From Adineta vaga (lineage: Eukaryota; Animalia; Rotifera): a DNA stretch of 64,000 nucleotides. Location of the stretch: NCBI GenBank assembly GCA_021613535.1, contig CP075494.1, positions 13,268,001 through 13,332,000 on the forward strand, written 5' to 3'. Positions 55,430-64,000 of this stretch are shown here, piece by piece (within the stretch, counting starts at the first letter, position 1; each line of letters opens with the position of its first letter). The position numbers and the translations under genes were made by a program. The notes below the pieces were generated by a model. The model was not told where the DNA came from. It saw only the letters and a list, made by a program, of their open reading frames with translations, and made no database searches.

Positions 55430-57688
55430 ATGACACATTTTATTCGAACAGTTACTTCAACTGTTGCCTTAACAGTGAATCGTATGTTAAATTTGGAGAT
55501 TTATAACTACTAAAATCAGAAAATGGAGATAATGTTCTTTGATATTTCAGGTTCTTCATTTGGAACATTTCGAAGAGGATTACCTATTCATGCCCGTAGT
55601 ATATTCTCTAGTGCAGGAATTGGTATTGATAATTTCAAATTGGCTCGAGAACAACATCTTACACGTCATGCACCATCACTAGGTACCTGGTATTCTTCTC
55701 ATCTTTTCTTCAATTATTTTCTTCACGTTTAGATAGTTTCAAAAAACGTTTTCTTGATTCTGTAAGCAATTCGAATGTACAAATATTTACGGAAGATCTA
55801 CGTAATATGATTATGGCAGCTGATAATGATCAAGAAATTGATGCAGTAGTTCAAGCTTTGAAAAAGTAGAAATATTCTTCAAACTTTCACTTTTAATACG
55901 TTCTTAAATTTTGAAGGTATAACTCTAGTAAATATAAATTTACTGATTTTCATTTTGGTTCACCCATCATGCGTTTATTATATATTCATAACAAACCTGA
56001 TTTAGCAATGCAATTATTTATAGATGATGTAAGTGTTTTATTCGTTTCTTATTGAATGTTTTTCTTTGAATCGTTATTTCAAAGGAACTAAAACAAGTAT
56101 TTCAAGATGCAGGTTCTGCTTTGGTTCTTTTGAATAAATTAATCGAAGATAAACGTTATGATGATGCTATAAAAATATTTGAACATGGAAGTGAACGCGG
56201 TTTTTCCACTACGACTGGTCGAACATATCCATCCGATGTGGTTATGTTAGCTATAGAAGCATTATATCGACAAGTAAGAAACATTTCTCATCAAATAAAA
56301 GAACGGTAGGAACATTGTGATATATGTTTAGAATACAAAACAATCATTTACAAAAGCAAAAGAAGTAATATCAAAAGTAATGCAACGAGATGCAGATATT
56401 AATCCACGTACAGCTGCAATGATTGCTTTATTAGCAATTCGACAAGTATGTAGAATATTATTATAAAACTTTTTCGTTTGGTTTAATCACACTTGAAATT
56501 ATTAAGGGTGAACCAGCATTTGCTTTGGAAATCATCGGTGCCGTTCGTACACAGAATTTAACTACAATACAAAATATTCGAGTAAAAATGACTAGTTTTT
56601 CGTTATCATTTGTCTATTATTCATGTTAATTTGATTATATAGGCACTTTGTTATGCTGAATTAGGACGAGTTGAAGAAGCAATTAATATTGTTCATTTAC
56701 TTGCTGATCAACCACCGATTGAGAATGATCGTCGTCGTGTATTTTCACTTGTGGTTTGTTTCTTTTTTTGCAAAAACGTAAAGAAGACAGATGATTGATC
56801 TCCTTTTATTTAGTTACAACATATTCAAAAAGCAATTGAACAATCGAAAGATACCGATTCAAAAGCACGTTTTGAAGATTTATCAAAATTTGTTTCTACG
56901 AATGATCGTTTATCAACTACAGATTTAACTGATTTCATCGAGGAACCAATCAGGTACATCTCATTTACGTAGATCATTGTTGTCTCGAACACTAATTTAT
57001 TTTTTAGTCGTCGTGGTGCTGTAATGTACAATCGACAAGGTGTAAAACAAATGTCAAGTAGTAGTGGAAATGTTGTAAGTGAATGGAAACTTTAGAGAAA
57101 ATAGGAATCTTCATTTCTTATATTTTTCAGCGTGACTCAGGTTTTCGAGGTGGTTTCAATCAAGGATCAGGTTACATGAGACAGGGAAGTGGTAACAACG
57201 ATTACAATCGAACCAATCGTCGTTTTGGAAATGACAATTATGAACGACGGTATGTTATTTGTCAAAAGAATTAAGAAAAAAAAGAATAATGTTTGATTTT
57301 TAGTCCACAAAATACATATGTTGGAAATGATCGATTATCCAATCGTAATCAAGGATCATCATTTGGTGAATCTTTTCGTCGTGAGAATAATCTTACACAA
57401 TCCAATTCACATATGAATCGAAATGAAAGTGGTATTTCACGTGAACGAAGAAATGATCGAAATGTTTCTCATCGTAATGAAAACAAACCTGAACCAATGG
57501 AAACAACATCAACATCACCTATTCCTCAACGTGTAAAACAAACAACTGAAGATAATGTTCCAAAATCAAGACGAAAAACTGATGATCAATCATCATCCTT
57601 TGGAAAACAAGATGAACGACAAACGGGTGCAAACACAGGAATTCAACAACAAAGTCCATGGGATGATAGTACTAGAAGATCAGCTTAA
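55430..57688 (+). CDS. PTCD2: Mitochondrial PPR protein, PTCD2-like, with a low-complexity C-terminal tail (multi-exon)
   Basis: Presequence; SIFSSAGIGIDNF; IFTEDLRNMI; FHFGSPIMRLLY; VLLNKLIEDKRYDDA. Confidence 0.75.
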
Positions 57689-58711
57689 ATCTATTGAGTC
57701 TTTCATCTAGATCAATTATTCACGTTTGTTTGTGTTTTGATCATTAAAAATAGAATAAAAACTATCTGATAATCTTCTACGTACGTCATATGTTTCTCTA
57801 TCCAACGTCTTTTAAACATTCAAGTCAGAGTTACGAAAGAATATCTGTACAAAAGAACTTAAAATGTCTTGTGATATTCATGAAATGTATGACCATGAGT
57901 CTCCAGGTATTAATAGCATATCTGATAATAATGTCTGAAGATATTGTATATATTTAAGACAGAGATGGTTGTTGTTTAATGATCGTACTTGAATTATTTG
58001 ACCGTGATTCATTTTCTAATCGATATCAATTGAAAAAGAACACAAAACAAGGCCGAAACGTTGCCATACAAAATAACAATTACGTCAATAATTCATTAGT
58101 ATAAACAAAATAAAGAATGAATATGATTTCTTTTTCTTGTATTGCTATTCAATTACATTTTATCGTTGTTGACAGACACGATATATGCTTTTCTTCCAAG
58201 CATAGATGCTATGATGATTGTTTTTGTTATTATTGTTGGTCATTAAATATATGCACTATTATCAAAAGCAATAACACGTATACACCTTTATATTTTTAAC
58301 ATATAAGATGAAAAATAGAAGAAAAAAAATCCTCGATATGAATTATATTGATTTAGACGAAAGAGGAACTAATAGAGTATATGACTAAATTTGTGGTTTG
58401 ATTATTTCTCGTTTTTTCGGATATTAAAACACAAGGTCGAATGTTATTTTTCTTCTGCTATTTGAATAGGAAAAATAAAAACGAAAGGTAATGTGAGGTC
58501 TTTTTCTTTTCTAAATATACATACATATCATGTTTGATAGTAATAAACACTAACAAGAAAATGATTGCCTGGAATTTCAGATCAAATTATTCGTTCATAG
58601 ATTCTTTTTTGTATTGCGTTTTTTTTCTTTTATTTAATGAAGGAAAATAATAAATACTAAATAATCAATATGTACAAGATGGAATAAGCAATAGTTTAAA
58701 AGATACATCTT

Positions 58712-59509
58712 TTAAGCACCACTTTTGAATAGTAAAATTGATAATGGACCTTTTGTAAAATAGATAAAACCATTCATTTCATGTGTAACATAAGAACTAA
58801 ATTGTCTTCCAACAATACAATGCCAACAAGGTGAAAATGTTTTATCCGCTGATCGTTTAAGAAAACCAGCTAATTCACGTTGATTTGTTATTTGATATTT
58901 TTGAAAAGCTCCTCGAACTAATAAAATCATTTCTTGCTCATACGATGCTGGCAAATCAGTAGATTTAACAATTAAATCATCATCATTATCTTCGTAATCT
59001 GTATATTGTTCACGTCTTGGCTGTCGATTATAAGATACATTATTATTATGATTATTATAACGTGAATTATTAAGTGATGTTTGAGATCGATTTGTATCAT
59101 TGTACAAATTATCATATGAATAAGCTCGGACATTACCACTTAAATCATACCGTGTTGTATTTGGACGATAGGATTCATTATCATTTCCATATGAACGATA
59201 AGTTGATGGATATGTTGTTGATTGATATCTACCTGTATCATTTGATATATTGTTATAGTTATCCGTATATCTTCGCGGTGATGTTGGTGTATAGAATGGT
59301 TGTGATGATACGGATGTTGTCGAATTATTACCATGAGGACCAGAAGTACCACGTCTCATAGACATATTATTATCATTCATTGTTTTAATATCGTTATTTG
59401 TTGAAGAATGATAATATTCACGATGATAGGATTGAGTTTGATGGTTTAGTGGTCTTGTCTCCGATGTTGATGTTCGAACAGGCGACGATGAATAGGGTGA
59501 TGTGTACAT
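58712..59509 (-). CDS. Dynein light chain (LC8-type) domain protein with a long disordered N-terminus, intronless
   Basis: C-terminal IVKSTDLP...LAGFLKRSADKTFSPCWHCIVGRQFSSYVTHE..FIYF..SILLFKSG. Confidence 0.88.
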   Translation of the reverse strand: MYTSPYSSSPVRTSTSETRPLNHQTQSYHREYYHSSTNNDIKTMNDNNMSMRRGTSGPHGNNSTTSVSSQPFYTPTSPRRYTDNYNNISNDTGRYQSTTYPSTYRSYGNDNESYRPNTTRYDLSGNVRAYSYDNLYNDTNRSQTSLNNSRYNNHNNNVSYNRQPRREQYTDYEDNDDDLIVKSTDLPASYEQEMILLVRGAFQKYQITNQRELAGFLKRSADKTFSPCWHCIVGRQFSSYVTHEMNGFIYFTKGPLSILLFKSGA

Positions 59510-61278
59510 ATTGAGACGGGACGGTTTGTTATATATGTTCTTCCTTTTTTTCTTCTTGTTTTTTATTCGTTCTATTTGTGTTTAGAATATGTGTATGAAA
59601 GAGATGAAAAGAGAACAAAATGAATAGTTTGCTCTCGTCATCGAACCTAGTCTATATAAATCAAAAAAAAAACATTTTCAAATACAGAATATAAATTTGA
59701 TCAGATATTTTTCGATAGTAAAGCTTCTTCAAATGAGAATAAGAAAGAAAAGAAAACAATATTGTCGAATAATATTATTCGATTCGAATGAAAGATAAAA
59801 TATTCCAATAGATTTAGATTTCTTATCGTTTAAATACCAACATCGAACATTTACTGACCCTGAACGGAACGATTTTAATGTCAGTATCTTTCGTTCTTTC
59901 TTTCTTCTCCTCCTATGTTATTGATCTCGAGATTGTCTCTTTCGTTTCTTCTTCTATTCTTTTATTCGATGAATTGAAATGCCATTTTATGATAACGACC
60001 ATATGGGTCTTCATCAATCATTGCACCTGTCACAAATGACTGCCTAGGCGTCATCTTTTTCTCTCTTGTGATATTATGCAATAAAAATTAAATTTATCAA
60101 AAAAAAAAAGAAGAAGATATGCAATTGTTGAATGTCAATTTTACATAGGATTACAACTGTATACCATAACCTTGACCAATGTTTTGTCTGTTAACCCACT
60201 GTATCAAGATTCTTTTTTTTTCGAAAAAAATATATACTTAAGCTTTAAACACCTACTTTTTTTTGGCAAGTATGCATATATTTATATATGAGAAAGTATT
60301 ACATTACATTATATAGTACTCTCATCATCTTCATGTGTACGTGATCATCAACATTTATACCATTAATCTGTTAGAATAGTAGCTTGTAAATCATTGGCTT
60401 AAGTTCTATTACCTCATATAGTCTTAGAATAAATAAATATATCATTGAAGAAGATTATTTAAATTCAAGGAAAAAAAAGAGAGAATGAATTTATTGATTC
60501 ATCAATTTTATCATGACGCTTAATTCAAATGTTGCCGATTGATTTGTTCATGAACTATTGCGAAAAAAAAATTATCAGAAAAGATTTTTTCCTATATTCA
60601 TATGTGATATAAAGTCATGCATCATAAGTCAAGGATAATATCGATAAAAGCCTGAATGACAGCGTTATTCATTTTTTCGTTGCGGTAAGTTGAACGTTTA
60701 GATTCTTTTTTTTTCTTTTGAGTATAACATACCACATCCTATCTATATTCGATGAGAAAAACTCTCATACTCATACGTTTATATTCCAATATGTAGAGAA
60801 AGAAATCAGTTAATATTTCCATCTGAATAATGCAAGAATGTATGATTGTATTTTGTTCAAACATATCATATATCATCTGTTTTTGTGTAGATTTGTAGAA
60901 AAAGTATTGATGTTCGTATAGCAAAATTCTAAGATTCATTATAGTAGTTCCTATGACAATCCCTTACCCTGATGTTTGATTTCTACCGCCATCTATCAAA
61001 ACAAAGATTTTTTTCTGACCTTGACTTGTGTATTTTTTTAAATATATATGTAATATATAAGAAAAAAAAAGAATCATAAACATCGATGAATGAGTCACTT
61101 TTATCGAACGTGATATTATTTTCTTCTAATCATGCTAGTGGATTATTTTGGAAATAAAGGATAGAAGTTAAGAGCCTATCCGAATGCGCATATCGGTTAA
61201 ATCATTCATCCATCAATAATAATCATATCGAAAGACGATTCGAACTCAATCATGTTTTATTGAACGTTTTTTTCAGAG

Positions 61279-63758
61279 ATGAATCCTTCTGTACCGAAAA
61301 ATTCAAATAGTCGAATACAGTCATATAAACATCATGGAAAAGATCTTGATGAACTTCGACGTCGACGTAATCAATACAATGTTTCATTGCGAAAAGTATG
61401 TATTCAATTTCCATAATCTCTATATGTTATATTTTGATTTCGTTTTTTTTTAAAGAATAAACGTGATGAACAAATTCAATTTAAACGTAATTTAATTGTA
61501 GAAGATAGTATGTCAGATAATGATGATATTGATGATGATCATGAACAACGTCGGCAATTGAATTTAAATGAAATTATATTAAAATCTCAAAATTCAGATC
61601 TAGCTATATGTTTCGAAGGTGTTCGTGCTGCAAGAAAACTTCTATCTATTGATCGTAATCCTCCGATTGATGATTTAATTCAATTAAATTTTCTTCCTAT
61701 TCTTGTTCAATGTTTAACTTACGATCAACATCCTGAATTACAATTCGAAGCTGCATGGGCATTAACAAATATCGCGTCTGGAACTTCTCAACAAACACAA
61801 GCTGTTGCGGATGCAAATGCTTTACCATATCTTTTACGTTTATTACATTCACCACAGGCAAATGTTTGTGAACAAGCCGTTTGGGCTTTAGGAAATCTCA
61901 TTGGTAAATAGTGAATCTATATTGTGTTTGAAAAATCATTTCTTTTTTGTTTGTTTTCTAGGTGATGGACCAAAATTACGTGATTATGCAATTGAATTAG
62001 GTGTAATTTCACCATTGATAGAATTCATTCAAAAAGATATTCCTGTTACTTTTCTTCGAAATGTTACATGGGTTATCGTTAATCTATGTCGTCACAAAGA
62101 TCCACCCTTACCAAACAATTCTGTTCAAGATATTTTACCTGCATTAAAATATCTTCTTTCATTCGTTGACGTTACTGTATGTTGTTTGAAATTTTAGGTT
62201 TAACAAATGTCTTATTTGTTTCGATTAGATTCTTGTGGATTGTACATGGGCATTAGCATATCTTCTAGATTCAGGAAATAATATAATTCAAGTAAATTTT
62301 TTTTGAAAATAATTTATATTGAATATTAATCATTTGTATTTTAGTTGGTAGTGGAAGCTGGTTTGATACCTCAGATTGTTAAATTATTAAATCATAATGA
62401 AATTAAAATCGTTACAGCTGGTAAAATAAAAATGATAATGATTTTAAAATTGTTTTTCTTTATCACTTTTCGTTTAGCTTTAAGAGCTGTTGGAAATGTT
62501 GTAACGGGTACAGATGAACAAACACAACTTGTCTTAAATCAAGGAGCTTTGAATTGCTTTTCTAAATTACTCAAACATCCAAAAGATAAACTTAATAAAG
62601 TAAGATTAATAACGAAGTCCAGGAATGTACATTGTTTATATTGTTAGAAAGTTCAGGGATAGAATGATAATAGCTAGTTTATATGTCAAGTTAGTCGATG
62701 ACGTCATATCTTTTGTTATGATTGTTGACTTCATAACAGATGAAGATTGAATGGATTGATAAAAGGAATGTTCTTTCATCAGTTATCAAGGATAAGAAAA
62801 TTTGATATAGGTGAAATCCATTATAATTGTACCTGGATTGTAACCAAATTGAATAATAATAATAATATCAAGAATTGTTGAAGAAAAACTAAATTGAGTT
62901 TGCGAATATCTCTCAAAATCTCCTCAATTTCTATTTATCATTATTTTTATCTTAGGAAGCTGTTTGGTTCTTATCAAATATAACAGCAGGCAATCAACAA
63001 CAAGTTCAAGCTGTGATTGATGCTCAACTTATACCTGATGTAATACATCATTTACAACATGTAATTTCATCTAATTTATATTGGAACAAACGACTTTATT
63101 TTTCTGTTTTGTTTTTTTCTCAATAGAGTGAAATTCAGACACAAAAAGAAGCAGCATGGTGTATATCAAATTTAACCATGAGTGGTTCTGTTCAACAAAT
63201 TCAATATGTCGTGCAACAACATATTATTCCTGCCCTCTGGTAAATTTAGGATTTGTTTTTTCGAACTTTTCTCTTCAATAATTTTATCTTCATTTTTAGT
63301 AATCTCTTACAACAACAGGATTCTCAAATTCTACAAGTTTGTCTTGATGCAATACATAATATTCTTAAACAAACTCCTGAAGAAAATCTTGAACCTTTAA
63401 TTACAGAAATTGAAGAATGTGGAGGTAGTAAAATGAAAATATTTCTATTCGTATATATTGGATTTTTTGTTTTTTTTGATAAATCTAGGACTTGATAAAA
63501 TTGAACATCTTCAAACTCATGCAAATAGAGAAATCTATCAGCAATCTTATGAAATTATTGAAAAATATTTTCCAGCAGATAATGTATGTATAATCAGATA
63601 TCTTATCGAGAGAAATGAATGTAATCATGATTTTCTTTCTACATTAGGATGATGATGTATCTTCAATGAGTCAAGTACCACGTAATGAAGAGTTTCCGTT
63701 TGGTAATAATAGTACTAATCAAACTGTACCTGAAACTAATCTTCAATTTAAATTCTAA
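61279..63758 (+). CDS. Importin alpha, alpha-3 clade (KPNA3/4-like), multi-exon
   Basis: IBB domain [26 protein letters not shown]; [16 protein letters not shown]; [17 protein letters not shown]; [19 protein letters not shown]; EIEECGGLDKIE; ends FKF*. Confidence 0.95.
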
Positions 63759-64000
63759 ACTATCATTTCCGAAGCATTTTCAGTTTATTATTATCTACTT
63801 TATTTGTTCTTTCTTTTTTAAATATGCAAACAAAAATGATTTGTTTCTCTTCGTTTGTTTTTATATATATATCATGATGACATAGATCAGGAATCTTTGA
63901 TTTATGTATTTGTTGTTGTCTTTTGCAGATAGTTTCGAGTAAAACTTTAAAAAGAAACAAAGGAATCGAGATCTGTTTATATACTTGCATTTTTGTTGTT

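Overview
AT-rich, gene-dense eukaryotic (animal) genomic DNA with many ~50-65 nt GT-AG introns. The gene content and style (including a PPR-DYW gene and an EGF-linked GPCR) suggest a bdelloid rotifer; this is an inference. I find about 21 protein-coding loci: SYVN1/HRD1, a DGK-zeta-like kinase, a MAPK phosphatase, a WxxW-trypsin, AGFG1, TMEM192, an Ig/FN3 adhesion receptor, NSUN2, ISCA1, ISCA2, EMC8/9, an SRPBCC-like protein, an SDR, a GPCR, glycogen synthase, PPR-DYW, CEP76, PIG-S, PTCD2, a dynein-light-chain-domain protein and importin-alpha. Three observations stand out. (1) ISCA2 and ISCA1, subunits of one mitochondrial Fe-S heterodimer, are intronless and joined by an overlapping TAATG stop-start inside an operon-like same-strand cluster, suggesting a translationally coupled bicistron. 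(2) Glycogen synthase has two tandem, mutually exclusive versions of the exon that carries the glucose-6-phosphate allosteric site; the second version removes those residues and adds an RRKS kinase motif. (3) A plant-type PPR-DYW RNA-editing-like gene is built from five 297-nt symmetric exon cassettes, carries an in-frame TGA at the start of the DYW domain, and sits between two copies of the GYS/CEP76 tail-to-tail junction. All exon boundaries were read by eye, and no database searches were run.
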